This document shows, one piece after another, positions 54,582 through 64,000 of a stretch of DNA of 64,000 nt; the first letter of the stretch is position 1, and the number at the start of each line of letters is the position of its first letter. Source of the stretch: an uncultured Clostridia bacterium (GTDB lineage: Bacteria > Bacillota > Clostridia > Lachnospirales > CAMVHY01); assembly GCA_947073045.1 (NCBI GenBank), contig CAMTJU010000003.1, forward strand, positions 14,993 to 78,992, written 5' to 3'. Under the pieces are notes generated by a model. It was not told where the DNA came from and searched no databases. It saw only the letters and a list, made by a program, of their open reading frames with translations. Position numbers and translations under genes: made by a program.

Positions 54582-55611
54582 TAAAGCTTTAATAGATAAG
54601 CTTGAAAGAGAAAAAAATTTGTCTGGGGACGAATTTTTATTTTTGCTCAAAAATCGCGAAGATGAATATATTTTTCAAAAAGCCCAAACTACATCCAAAA
54701 AATATTTTGGCAACAAAATTTTTATACGCGGTCTAATTGAATTTACTAATTACTGTAAAAATGATTGCTATTACTGTGGAATCAAGAAAAGCAATTTAAA
54801 TGCACAGCGCTATAGATTAACAGACAAGCAAATTTTTTCATGCTGCAAAATCGGATATGATTTGGGCTTTCGGACATTTGTATTGCAAGGTGGAGAAGAT
54901 GCTGGATTCTCAGATGAAAGATTAATAAAAATAATCTCACATATAAAAAATAAATATCCTGATTGCGCTATAACTTTATCAATTGGCGAAAAAAGTTTTG
55001 ATACATATAAAAATTTTTTTGATGCTGGTGCTAACAGATATTTATTGCGACACGAAACTGCAAATGAATCCCATTATCAAAAATTACATCCACAAAATCT
55101 ATCACTCGATAATCGAAAAAAATGTTTGTACAATCTAAAAGAAATAGGCTATCAAGTTGGTTGTGGATTTATGGTTGGCTCACCATTCCAAACGCTTGAA
55201 AATATTGTAGAAGATTTACAGTTTATAAAAAAATTCTCACCGCATATGATTGGAATTGGTCCATTTATATCTCACAAAGATACAAAATTTTCTTCATTTT
55301 CAAACGGAAGTTTTGCTATGACATTATTTTTAATTGCTATAATAAGATTGATGTTGCCAAACTCTTTGATTCCTGCTACAACAGCACTTGGTACAATAAA
55401 TAATTTTGGACGTGAAAAAGGAATACTTGCTGGAGCAAATGTTTTAATGCCAAATTTATCTCCTGCATCCGTGAGAAAAAAATATTCACTTTATGACAAT
55501 AAAATTTGTACAGGTGAAGAAACTGCGCAATGTTTGAATTGCTTAAAATCGCGCATTAATAAAATTGGTTATGAAATTGTCGTAGACCGCGGCGATTTTA
55601 AAAATGAATAA
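54574..55611 (+). CDS. hydE: [FeFe]-hydrogenase maturase HydE (radical SAM)
   Basis: CKNDCYYCG radical-SAM motif, biotin-synthase-like fold. hydE-hydG-hydF context. ATG 54574 preferred; the track start lies inside mnmA. Confidence 0.8.
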   Translation: MNSKALIDKLEREKNLSGDEFLFLLKNREDEYIFQKAQTTSKKYFGNKIFIRGLIEFTNYCKNDCYYCGIKKSNLNAQRYRLTDKQIFSCCKIGYDLGFRTFVLQGGEDAGFSDERLIKIISHIKNKYPDCAITLSIGEKSFDTYKNFFDAGANRYLLRHETANESHYQKLHPQNLSLDNRKKCLYNLKEIGYQVGCGFMVGSPFQTLENIVEDLQFIKKFSPHMIGIGPFISHKDTKFSSFSNGSFAMTLFLIAIIRLMLPNSLIPATTALGTINNFGREKGILAGANVLMPNLSPASVRKKYSLYDNKICTGEETAQCLNCLKSRINKIGYEIVVDRGDFKNE

Positions 55612-55635
55612 TTTTTATTGAAAGGAAGTTTTTTT

Positions 55636-57042
55636 ATGTATAAAATTGATTCTGATATCGCAACAGAATTTATAGATAATGACGAAATTTTAGAAACTAT
55701 AGACTTCGCTCAAAAAAATAAATCTAATTCAAAATTAATTGAGGATATAATCGAGCAAGCAAAGAATTTAAAAGGTCTGTCGCATAGAAATGCTGCTTTA
55801 CTTTTAGAATGTGATATTCCTGATTTGAATCAAAAAATTTTTGAGCTGGCCGACTCTATCAAAAAAAAGTTTTATGGCAACAGAATTGTTATGTTTGCTC
55901 CGCTGTATCTTTCGAATTATTGCGTCAATGGCTGTGTTTATTGCCCATATCATGCAAAGAACAAAACTATTCCTCGCAAAAAACTTTCACAAGACGAAAT
56001 TAAATCTGAGGTAATTGCACTTCAAGATATGGGGCACAAACGTTTAGCTCTTGAAACTGGCGAAGATCCTGTAAATTGCCCAATTGATTATGTCTTGGAA
56101 AGCATAAATACAATTTATTCTATTAAATATAAAAATGGCGCAATACGCAGGGTTAATGTGAATATTGCTGCTACAACTGTTGAAAATTATCGAAAACTTC
56201 ACAATGCTGGAATTGGTACATATATTTTGTTTCAGGAAACGTACAACAAAGAAAATTATGAAGCGCTTCACCCAACTGGTCCAAAACATAACTATAATTA
56301 TCACACTGAGGCAATGGATCGCGCAATGACTGGCGGGATAGATGACGTTGGTTTAGGCGTATTGTTTGGTCTTAATCTATATCGCTATGATTTTGTGGGA
56401 TTATTAATGCATGCAGAACACTTGGAAAAAAAATTTGGCGTCGGTCCACACACAATTAGCGTTCCGCGAATCAGACCGGCCGACGATATCAACCCAGACG
56501 ACTTTAATTCAATCTCTGACGAAATTTTTGAGAAAATAGTTGCTGTACTGAGAATTGCTGTGCCGTATACAGGATTAATTATTTCTACGCGTGAATCACA
56601 AGCCACACGCGAAAAAGTTTTAAAACTTGGCATATCTCAAATAAGCGGAGCATCCTGTACAAGTGTTGGCGGTTACAAAAATAAAAGTAATGATTGCGCA
56701 CAATTTGATTTAAGTGATACTCGAACTCTCGATGAAATTGTTAATTGGCTTTTAAAACTTGGATACATACCGAGTTTTTGTACAGCATGCTATCGCGAAG
56801 GTCGCACTGGCGACAGATTTATGAGTCTTGTCAAATCCGGACAGATTGCAAATTGCTGCCAACCAAATGCTCTCATAACACTAAAAGAATATTTGGAAGA
56901 TTACGCGTCGTCCGATACAAAATTAATTGGTGAAAAAGTTATCGCTAATGAAATTGAAAACATACCAAATGAAAAAATTAGACAGCGCGTAAAAAATTAT
57001 ATGATTGATTTAAACAATGGCAAACGAGATTTTAGAATATGA
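55636..57042 (+). CDS. hydG: [FeFe]-hydrogenase maturase HydG (radical SAM tyrosine lyase)
   Basis: CVNGCVYCPY plus a C-terminal auxiliary-cluster Cys motif (FCTACYR...CC). Confidence 0.85.
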   Translation: MYKIDSDIATEFIDNDEILETIDFAQKNKSNSKLIEDIIEQAKNLKGLSHRNAALLLECDIPDLNQKIFELADSIKKKFYGNRIVMFAPLYLSNYCVNGCVYCPYHAKNKTIPRKKLSQDEIKSEVIALQDMGHKRLALETGEDPVNCPIDYVLESINTIYSIKYKNGAIRRVNVNIAATTVENYRKLHNAGIGTYILFQETYNKENYEALHPTGPKHNYNYHTEAMDRAMTGGIDDVGLGVLFGLNLYRYDFVGLLMHAEHLEKKFGVGPHTISVPRIRPADDINPDDFNSISDEIFEKIVAVLRIAVPYTGLIISTRESQATREKVLKLGISQISGASCTSVGGYKNKSNDCAQFDLSDTRTLDEIVNWLLKLGYIPSFCTACYREGRTGDRFMSLVKSGQIANCCQPNALITLKEYLEDYASSDTKLIGEKVIANEIENIPNEKIRQRVKNYMIDLNNGKRDFRI

Positions 57043-57088
57043 AATTTTAAGAACAAGCAAAATTGAAATTAAAATATAGAGGTGGAAA

Positions 57089-58267
57089 ATGAGTTTGAAT
57101 GAAACTCCAAATGCCAATCGTTTTCACATTGGTATATTCGGAAAAAGAAACACTGGTAAATCTTCATTAATTAATGCTATTACAAATCAAAATGTTGCAC
57201 TCGTATCTGAAATTGCAGGAACTACGACTGATCCAGTAAAAAAATCTATGGAAATCCACGGAATCGGTCCATGCTTGTTCATAGACACGGCAGGATTTGA
57301 CGATGAAGGCGATCTTGGGCAATTGCGCAATCAAAAAACTTTAGCGGCATCTGAAAATATAGATGCCGCAATTATTTTAATAAACGATGAAAATTTTGAA
57401 AAAGAACTCGAATTTATAAACTCGCTTGAAAAAGTTCCGATTATTATAGTGATAAACAAATGCGATATAATCAAAGATATTGACAAGTTAGAAAAAAAAA
57501 TATTTGATAAAACAAATTTAACTGCAATAAAAGTCAGTGCCAAAAATAAAGAAAATATCAAGCAAATAATTGATGAACTCATAAAAGTAAAACCGTTTAC
57601 AGAAAAAAGCATTGTAAGCGATTTAGTTTCGTCAAAAGATCTAGTTTTATTAGTGATGCCGCAAGATATCCAAGCGCCACAAGGAAGATTAATTTTGCCG
57701 CAGGTTCAAACAATTAGAGATCTATTAGATAACAAATGCATATGTGTGTGTACTACCACCGATAATTTTTTAACAACACTTGATTATCTCAAAGAACCTC
57801 CAAAATTAATTATCACTGACTCGCAAGAATTTAAATATGTATACGAAAACAAGCCATCAGATTCTTTACTTAGTTCATTTTCTGTTTTGTTTGCCAAATA
57901 TAAAGGAGATATTGAAGAATTTGTTCGTGGTGCCCAAAAAATTGATAGTCTCAATGAAAATTCACGAATTCTTATTGCAGAAGCTTGTACCCACGTTCCA
58001 CTTGATGAAGATATAGGACGTGTAAAAATTCCACGTATGCTGAAAAAAAAATTTGGTCAGAATTTATCAATTGATATTGTAAATGGTTGCAATTTTCCTG
58101 ATAACCTATCTCAATACGATTTAATTATTCATTGTGGGTCATGTATGTTTAATCGGAAATTTTTGCTTTCTAGAATAATCAAAGCACGTCAGAAAAATGT
58201 CCCTATTACAAATTATGGAGTTTTAATTGCAAAACTTAATGGTATCTTAGATAAAATTTATTTTTAA
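57089..58267 (+). CDS. hydF: [FeFe]-hydrogenase maturation GTPase HydF
   Basis: G1 GKRNTGKSS, and C-terminal cluster ligands EACTH...HCGSCM. Confidence 0.8.
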   Translation: MSLNETPNANRFHIGIFGKRNTGKSSLINAITNQNVALVSEIAGTTTDPVKKSMEIHGIGPCLFIDTAGFDDEGDLGQLRNQKTLAASENIDAAIILINDENFEKELEFINSLEKVPIIIVINKCDIIKDIDKLEKKIFDKTNLTAIKVSAKNKENIKQIIDELIKVKPFTEKSIVSDLVSSKDLVLLVMPQDIQAPQGRLILPQVQTIRDLLDNKCICVCTTTDNFLTTLDYLKEPPKLIITDSQEFKYVYENKPSDSLLSSFSVLFAKYKGDIEEFVRGAQKIDSLNENSRILIAEACTHVPLDEDIGRVKIPRMLKKKFGQNLSIDIVNGCNFPDNLSQYDLIIHCGSCMFNRKFLLSRIIKARQKNVPITNYGVLIAKLNGILDKIYF

Positions 58268-58355
58268 TTGTAATAGAATTGTGAAAAAAATATGCTTGCA
58301 CAATTTAAAACATGCGTGTTAAAATAATCATATTATGCAATATGGAGGATTATTT

Positions 58356-59996
58356 ATGCAAAAAATAATTTTTTGTGCAATCATATTTTTTTTTGCGCCA
58401 ATTATAAATATTTTTGCCATGCAGCAAAATATAAAGTTAATTATTGATGGCATCAATCTTGAGAATTTATCTTCTCCCCCTATTATTATTAATGACTCAG
58501 TTGTTGTACCAGTACGCGATGTATTAGAAAAATTTGATGCTGTTTTAGACTGGAAACAGGATTCAAAAGAACTTTTTATTACAAAAGATGACTTAATCAT
58601 ATTACTTAAAGTTAATAATAAAATTGCTAATGTAAATGGTGAAGAGAAAACTCTTCTTGTTACACCAACTATAATTAACGAAAAATTAATGGTACCAATA
58701 AGATTTATAGCTGAAACTTTTGGTTTTGACGTCAAATGGGAAAATTCATCTGTTATTATTAGCACTGAGAAATCACCTACTTATGATATTGACGAAGACA
58801 TAACGACAAATGATTCTATTACTCAAATAACTTCAATTGATATTAAAAATGATCAATATATAATAAATGCAAACTCGAAATTAGACAAAATAACTAAAAA
58901 CATTTTGGATGGCAATCGTCTCGTTATTGATATTTATAATTCTGAACTTAAATTAGAAAAAAAAGAAATAAATGTACAAGATTCTTTTATTTCTAAAATA
59001 CGTACTGCACAAAATCAAATTGAACCAATAAAAATAACACGTGTTGTTTTTGATATGTATGATGATTATCCATTTGATGCTTCAATTTCAAATGATGGAT
59101 GCTCTATAATTGTTTCATTCAAAAATGAAAATACACCATCGGATTTGAAAAATATATCCTGTAACAATCAAACAATTATATTAAAAAAAGGCTCTTACAA
59201 CATTGACATTAATAATATTATAGAAAATGATGATTATCTTGGCAAAAAATATGAATTTAAATTCCCTAATGATATTGAAGATGTATTTGGCAGCGGAAAA
59301 TATATTATCCGAAATCAATTTTTTTCGTCAATAGAAATAAAAGGCAGCATGTTAACCATAAACGAAAATAAAATTCTGGCATACGAAATTACAAGTGACA
59401 ATGAAAATATTTACATAAAAGCCGTTAGCCCAAAAGAAAAATATAAAAATATATTGGTAATAGATGCTGGACACGGTGGAACTGATCCAGGCACTATAAA
59501 TGGCTCTGTAAAAGAAAAAGATTTGACATTTAACATAGTTCAAAAAGTTATTTATTTATTCAATTATAATAAAAACATCAAGGTTTATTCGACAAGATTA
59601 AGCGATGTAAAAATTCCCCTTGAAGAAAGAATTGGTATGGCAAACGAAATTGCTGACATGTTTATTTCTGTTCACATAAATTCCGCTGGAACAAATACAT
59701 CTGTAAATGGCACAGAAGTTTATTATTATACAAATAAAAATGACAGCCAAAATAAATTTTCGAGCAAGACTCTAGCTCAAACTTTATTAAAAAATTTGGT
59801 GACAAATCTAAATTCAGCAAATAGAAATATCAAAACAGAGTCATATGTTGTATTAAAAAAATCAAATATACCTGCAGCTTTGTGCGAAATTGGATTTATT
59901 ACAAATCCTACCGAATTTAAAAATCTTTGCAGTGAAGATTATCAAATGAAAGTTGCACAAGCTATATATAATTCTGTTATATCACTGCTTGAATAA
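58356..59996 (+). CDS. N-acetylmuramoyl-L-alanine amidase (Cu_amine_oxidN1-like + AMIN-like + Amidase_3)
   Basis: Signal peptide. Stalk domain (VVPVRDVLE..., MVPIRFIAETFG). Catalytic domain VIDAGHGGTDPG...SVHINS...E.GF..N. Confidence 0.8.
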   Translation: MQKIIFCAIIFFFAPIINIFAMQQNIKLIIDGINLENLSSPPIIINDSVVVPVRDVLEKFDAVLDWKQDSKELFITKDDLIILLKVNNKIANVNGEEKTLLVTPTIINEKLMVPIRFIAETFGFDVKWENSSVIISTEKSPTYDIDEDITTNDSITQITSIDIKNDQYIINANSKLDKITKNILDGNRLVIDIYNSELKLEKKEINVQDSFISKIRTAQNQIEPIKITRVVFDMYDDYPFDASISNDGCSIIVSFKNENTPSDLKNISCNNQTIILKKGSYNIDINNIIENDDYLGKKYEFKFPNDIEDVFGSGKYIIRNQFFSSIEIKGSMLTINENKILAYEITSDNENIYIKAVSPKEKYKNILVIDAGHGGTDPGTINGSVKEKDLTFNIVQKVIYLFNYNKNIKVYSTRLSDVKIPLEERIGMANEIADMFISVHINSAGTNTSVNGTEVYYYTNKNDSQNKFSSKTLAQTLLKNLVTNLNSANRNIKTESYVVLKKSNIPAALCEIGFITNPTEFKNLCSEDYQMKVAQAIYNSVISLLE

Positions 59997-60016
59997 AAAT
60001 AATTTATTACCAGAAA

Positions 60017-60053
60017 CAAAAAAGACTCAAAACTAATTGAGTCTTTTTTTTTA
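60017..60053. terminator. bidirectional terminator between the amidase gene and queA
   Basis: Stem agactcaa/ttgagtct flanked by A6 and T9. Confidence 0.85.
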
Positions 60054-60073
60054 TAAAATATTTATACCAGAAA

Positions 60074-61111
60074 TTAATTTATAAACATTGCATCTCCAAA
60101 ACTAAAGAATCTATATTTACTTTTCACAGCCTTCTCGTATGCATTCATAATATTTTCTTTACCGCACAATGCTGATACTAGCATAATTAAAGTTGACTCG
60201 GGCAAATGAAAATTTGTTATCAGTGAGTCAACTATTTTAAATTTATATCCAGGATAAATGAAAATATCTGTCCAACCTGATTTGGCATCAACAAATCCTT
60301 TTTCATTGGCACAGCTTTCAAGTGTTCTGCAACTTGTTGTACCAACGCAAATTATTTTTTTGCCATCTTTTTTTGTTTTGTTTATTAACTGTGCATTTTT
60401 GTTATCTAATGAAAAATATTCGGAATGCATTTTGTGTTCGAAGACATTCTCCGCTTTGACAGGTCTAAATGTACCAAGACCAATGTGTAATGTTAAACTT
60501 GCAATGTTTATTCCTTTGTCTTTTATCTGATGCAGCAACTCACTTGTAAAATGCAAACCCGCAGTAGGCGCAGCTACCGAGCCATTATATTTCGCATAAA
60601 TTGTCTGATAGCGCTCACGATCTTTAAGCTTTGTTTTTATATATGGAGGCAATGGCATTTCTCCTAAATCATCCAAAATTTCTTCAAATATGCCATCATA
60701 ATCAAACTCCACAATTCTGTTTCCGTCGTCTAAAATTTCCAAGAGTTTAGCATTCAAAATACCATTGCCAAAAACAATTTCATCGCCAATATGCAATTTT
60801 CGTGCAGGTTTTATAAGAACTTCCCACTTTTTATTATCAATTCTTTTTAAAAGCAGCAATTCAATTTTTGCCAAAGAATTTTTTTTTGTACCAATCAAAC
60901 GTGCCGGAATAACTCGCGTATTATTTAAAACAAGACAGTCACCTGAATTTATGTAGTCAATTATATCCTTAAAAATTTTATGTTCAATACTTCCTGTTAA
61001 TTTATTAACAATCATTAATTTAGAATCCAAACGATTTTCAATTGGAGTTTGTGCAATTAAATCTGGCGGAAGGTCAAAAAAAAATTCGCTCTTGCTCAAA
61101 TACTTTTTCAT
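60074..61111 (-). CDS. queA: S-adenosylmethionine:tRNA ribosyltransferase-isomerase
   Basis: [29 protein letters not shown]. Confidence 0.93.
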   Translation of the reverse strand: MKKYLSKSEFFFDLPPDLIAQTPIENRLDSKLMIVNKLTGSIEHKIFKDIIDYINSGDCLVLNNTRVIPARLIGTKKNSLAKIELLLLKRIDNKKWEVLIKPARKLHIGDEIVFGNGILNAKLLEILDDGNRIVEFDYDGIFEEILDDLGEMPLPPYIKTKLKDRERYQTIYAKYNGSVAAPTAGLHFTSELLHQIKDKGINIASLTLHIGLGTFRPVKAENVFEHKMHSEYFSLDNKNAQLINKTKKDGKKIICVGTTSCRTLESCANEKGFVDAKSGWTDIFIYPGYKFKIVDSLITNFHLPESTLIMLVSALCGKENIMNAYEKAVKSKYRFFSFGDAMFIN

Positions 61112-62487
61112 TTCACTTGTACTCCCGTATAATAATATTTCAAGATGTCGTCAAATTTAAATCCCATTTGTGCCATTCCTTTTGCTCCATATTGACTCAT
61201 TCCAACTGCGTGTCCCCAACCTCTTCCTTGAAATATTATTGTGCAATCCAAATTTTTTGAATTATCTTCATCTAAGCTGTCAGGAATTTTATTTGTGACT
61301 GTAAACATTCTACTTTCAAGACTGCCACCTTTAGATTTTGCAAAAAAGCTTCTTATTTCTTCTTTTGCCAATACTTTTTGTCCGTTTGTACCAATTATAG
61401 AAATTTTATTGACGCGATCACTTGGCGCATATTCCAAAATTTCAACACCCAACACATCGCCTATATCTATTTTATTTTCAGCTAATAATTGTTTTAACTG
61501 TGAGGATTTGAATTCGCGTGTCCAAATTTTTGGATTTTGCTCATTCAATTCAACCTTACTTTTCAAATACTCAACTGAATTACTCCAAACATTTTCTGCA
61601 TTTTCAGTAACTCCGCCACTACTAGAAAAAAACACAGCATCTATAAGCTTGTCATTGTAATAAATACAAATATTTTTTGTTTCATGGATTAGTTTATTTA
61701 CAGTCTGTGATTCATTTTTTACACCTAAATACACTTGGCAATGCGTCAAGTCACACACATCATAATATTTGTGGGATTTAAGTTTTGTCAAAGTATAAGT
61801 TCTGCAAGCAACAGCCTGAGCTTTTAAAGCTTCTTGTGGCCATGAAGCTGGCATTTCTGAAGGAACTGTGCCATATAAATATTCATTTAATGACAAAATA
61901 TTTACTGCCATTATTTTATTTGTATCATAAAAACCAAATTCTATAATGCCGCGATATTCTCTATCGTTTAATTTTATAAACTCGTCAGATTTAAATTGCG
62001 GGCATAATGAATTATCTTCGAAGATAATAAAAGAAACGTCGCCATCATAAATTACTAAATGTTTTTCTTGAGGGCAAATAATACTGCCACCAATAATTGA
62101 ATTTAATTTTTTTGCCTCATCCAAATTATCAAACTCACCAACATAAACTGACCATGCATTTTTTTGCGCACAAACAACAGATTTGTATCCATCTTTAACA
62201 TAATTATTTTTTGCACTCAAAGCATTTTGATATGAATCAAATTTTTTATTTGTGCTAACATAGAATTTTTTGTTCACTGAGACAATGAAATTATTTTTTG
62301 CTTCAAATGGGTAATCCGAAAATTTTTCATCAAAACCCAAATAAATTTTTTTATTTGCAATTTTTGCACTTTCTGCAACCTTAAATTGTGATTCCAATCC
62401 GACACGTATTTTTTGATCAGCATATGCAAAATTAAAATTGCAGACAAAAAAAAGAATTGCAACCAAAAATAAAATAAATTTTCTCAT
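61108..62487 (-). CDS. spoIID: SpoIID/LytB-domain lytic transglycosylase (stage II sporulation protein D-like) with SPOR-like insert
   Basis: [21 protein letters not shown], and C-terminal [15 protein letters not shown]. Confidence 0.8.
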   Translation of the reverse strand: MRKFILFLVAILFFVCNFNFAYADQKIRVGLESQFKVAESAKIANKKIYLGFDEKFSDYPFEAKNNFIVSVNKKFYVSTNKKFDSYQNALSAKNNYVKDGYKSVVCAQKNAWSVYVGEFDNLDEAKKLNSIIGGSIICPQEKHLVIYDGDVSFIIFEDNSLCPQFKSDEFIKLNDREYRGIIEFGFYDTNKIMAVNILSLNEYLYGTVPSEMPASWPQEALKAQAVACRTYTLTKLKSHKYYDVCDLTHCQVYLGVKNESQTVNKLIHETKNICIYYNDKLIDAVFFSSSGGVTENAENVWSNSVEYLKSKVELNEQNPKIWTREFKSSQLKQLLAENKIDIGDVLGVEILEYAPSDRVNKISIIGTNGQKVLAKEEIRSFFAKSKGGSLESRMFTVTNKIPDSLDEDNSKNLDCTIIFQGRGWGHAVGMSQYGAKGMAQMGFKFDDILKYYYTGVQVK

Positions 62488-62574
62488 TTGTACTCTCCTC
62501 TTTTTTAAATTTTCATAAAAAATTTATAAAAAAATAAAGACAAAACATCAATCAAGATATTCTGTCTAAATTTT

Positions 62575-62766
62575 TTATTGTGCATCTGCAACATCCGAAA
62601 TAATAATTTTTTTATTATAAGAACCGCATGCCTTACATACTCTGTGTGGCGCCATAAGTTCTCCGCATTTGCTGCATTTTATCAAATTTGGCATATCAAT
62701 TTTCCAATTTGCACGCCTCTTGTCGCGTCTTGATTTTGAAACTTTACCTTTTGGGCATATCGACAT
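62575..62766 (-). CDS. rpmF: 50S ribosomal protein L32
   Basis: KGKVSKSRRDKRRA, and a CxxC...CxxC zinc ribbon. Confidence 0.9.
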   Translation of the reverse strand: MSICPKGKVSKSRRDKRRANWKIDMPNLIKCSKCGELMAPHRVCKACGSYNKKIIISDVADAQ

Positions 62767-62807
62767 TTATTGCACCTCCAATAAATATTTACTAGACATC
62801 GTTTATC

Positions 62808-62837
62808 ATTATAAAATATTTAAAGCTAAAAAGTCAA
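62808..62837 (-). promoter_or_regulatory. sigma-A promoter of rpmF
   Basis: Minus strand TTGACT, 18 nt, TATAAT. Confidence 0.45.
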
Positions 62838-62883
62838 ATCTAGAGTGTTAACGTTTTATTTTTTGATTTTCATTTTCAAAAAC

Positions 62884-62927
62884 AAAAAAATAATCCTGAT
62901 AAAAATTTAACAGGATTATTTTTTTTT
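62884..62927. terminator. bidirectional terminator downstream of Cys-rich paralog A
   Basis: 9-bp stem ataatcctg/caggattat flanked by A7 and T9. Confidence 0.8.
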
Positions 62928-62962
62928 ATAACGGGGAAGATATTCTTAAAGACAAATTTTTT

Positions 62963-63346
62963 TTATATTGCATTGTGAGTAAAACTTGCAATTCTGGAAA
63001 TTGGAATTTCAGTTACGGAACCAAGCCAATTATATCCATAATTATTTGCATAATTATTTGCATAATTATTTGCATAATTATTTGAAAAATTATTTCCAAA
63101 CCCGCCAAACCAAAATCCAAAATTATTTCTAGAACAACCCCTCGAACAGTTGCGATTACAACAAGTGTTTCCAATAGGACATGAAGGCGCTGCACCGATA
63201 TCTGTAATTAATTTGACAGTATTGTCACAAATTCCAGCAAGTACACCGGTAAAGCCTGATCCTGATAATCCACCACTAGTTGTAAAAATAGTAACAGTCT
63301 GTCCGATATAGCGTGTTAAATTATCTAAAACAAATGCTTCTGACAT
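62963..63346 (-). CDS. small Cys-rich protein, paralog A (127 aa), unknown family
   Basis: ATG 63346 lies 6 nt after AAGGAGGG. Shares YIGQTVTIFTTSGGLSGSGFTGVL and the C-terminal GSV..IP...I..FTHNAI with 63531-63842. Contains a G/N/F/Y-rich insert. Confidence 0.6.
   Translation of the reverse strand: MSEAFVLDNLTRYIGQTVTIFTTSGGLSGSGFTGVLAGICDNTVKLITDIGAAPSCPIGNTCCNRNCSRGCSRNNFGFWFGGFGNNFSNNYANNYANNYANNYGYNWLGSVTEIPISRIASFTHNAI
63038..63097. repeat. 12-bp tandem repeat inside paralog A
   Basis: ataattatttgc x3 exact (63038-63073) plus two degenerate units. Encodes (NNYA)3-NNYS-NNF-type repeats on the minus strand. Confidence 0.9.
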
Positions 63347-63411
63347 CTCAAACCCTCCTTTCATTAAGTATTTTTTTTCATTCTAGTAATTCCATTTTGG
63401 AACTACTAGTA

Positions 63412-63439
63412 CATATTATGGAAAAGCTGTTGTTTTTGT
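63412..63439 (-). promoter_or_regulatory. weak candidate sigma-K-type promoter of paralog A
   Basis: Minus strand AC, 17 nt, CATAATATG. One mismatch to CATANNNTA. Confidence 0.2.
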
Positions 63440-63457
63440 TACATGCCCATGCTTGTA

Positions 63458-63485
63458 ACATTAACATTGTGCTTGTCATAAAATA
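63458..63485 (+). promoter_or_regulatory. candidate sigma-K-type promoter of paralog B
   Basis: AC, 17 nt, CATAAAATA matches AC-17-CATANNNTA, about 45 nt upstream of the ATG. Confidence 0.3.
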
Positions 63486-63530
63486 TTTTTAGGTGGCCAC
63501 CTCTGTTATTTTTAATAAGGAGGTGAATTT

Positions 63531-63842
63531 ATGAATTTTCAATCATTAATTGATAGCATGTTTAGGTACATTGGCCAAACTGTTACTATTTTTACTACAA
63601 GTGGCGGATTATCTGGTTCAGGATTTACTGGCGTACTTTTGTCCGTTGACTGCAATAATGTGAGATTACTTTGCAATATAGGAGCAGCTCCTGGTTGTCC
63701 AATCGGAAGTTCTTGTACAAATATAATGGGTCCATACGGAATGTTAAATAATAATTTTGGAGATTTTGGCATAAATCCATTGGGTTCAGTTGCTGTTATT
63801 CCAACTTGCTCGATTGCATGCTTTACTCACAATGCAATATAA
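63531..63842 (+). CDS. small Cys-rich protein, paralog B (103 aa), unknown family
   Basis: AAGGAGGTG SD. Paralog of 62963-63346 without the low-complexity insert. Confidence 0.6.
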   Translation: MNFQSLIDSMFRYIGQTVTIFTTSGGLSGSGFTGVLLSVDCNNVRLLCNIGAAPGCPIGSSCTNIMGPYGMLNNNFGDFGINPLGSVAVIPTCSIACFTHNAI

Positions 63843-63874
63843 AAAAAACTGACGTTGTTTACGTCAGTTTTTTG
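63843..63874. terminator. bidirectional terminator
   Basis: 8-bp stem actgacgt/acgtcagt flanked by A8 and T6. Confidence 0.85.
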
Positions 63875-63888
63875 TTATTATAAATATA

Positions 63889-64000
63889 TTATCTTTCCAT
63901 TTTATTAGGACTTCGTTGTTGAATATCGTCTTGATCTGTAACTTCATTCTCAAATCGCTCTGTAGAATCACAACGTTCTAAAATATATCCAAAAATACCA
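63889..64000 (-). CDS. 3' end of a minus-strand ORF continuing beyond the window
   Basis: Open frame ...GIFGYILERCDSTERFENEVTDQDDIQQRSPNKMER with its stop at 63889-63891. Too short to assign. Confidence 0.2.
   Translation of the reverse strand, partial: GIFGYILERCDSTERFENEVTDQDDIQQRSPNKMER

Noticed and set aside
63038-63097. Short tandem repeats as a possible CRISPR array or minisatellite element.
   Set aside because: The units are 12 bp, contiguous with no spacers, in frame inside a coding gene, and no cas genes are present.

Overview
Strongly AT-rich (judged by eye, not computed), gene-dense chromosomal core region of an endospore-forming Firmicute. It looks Clostridia-like: a SipL-type DUF3794+LysM coat protein, hydEGF, and an F-ATPase c subunit with a Na+-type signature. 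I call about 70 protein genes and one tmRNA. I see no rRNA or tRNA, no CRISPR array, no transposase, integrase or phage genes, and no recognisable defence or toxin-antitoxin module. Housekeeping genes: rpsT, rpsU, rpmF, obg, hpf, gmk, rpoZ, cysS, murA, plsX, atpEFHAGDC, ispG, pth, mfd, mnmA, queA. These are interleaved with a high density of sporulation/germination genes: dpaAB, spoIIP, spoVM, sipL-like, ypeB, sleB, spoIIR, spoIIIAA-AD, bofC-like, spoIIID, spoIID. Also present are a copper P-type ATPase, an OmpR/HK two-component pair, the hydE-hydG-hydF maturase set and a lipoprotein serpin. I did not find a convincing complete, previously undescribed multi-gene system. The most notable unexplained items are: (1) a divergent pair of paralogous small Cys-rich proteins of unrecognised family at the right end, one with an in-frame 12-bp tandem repeat; (2) a 988-aa orphan cytoplasmic protein apparently co-transcribed with cysS; (3) a spoIIIA locus that stops after spoIIIAD; (4) an F-ATPase operon with no subunit-a gene, a C-terminal-domain-less epsilon and a Na+-type c subunit; (5) a copA carrying a C-terminal CopZ-like domain preceded by its own in-frame SD+ATG. 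Several ORF-track starts were moved to downstream SD-supported starts. All promoter calls are motif matches in AT-rich DNA and are low confidence.
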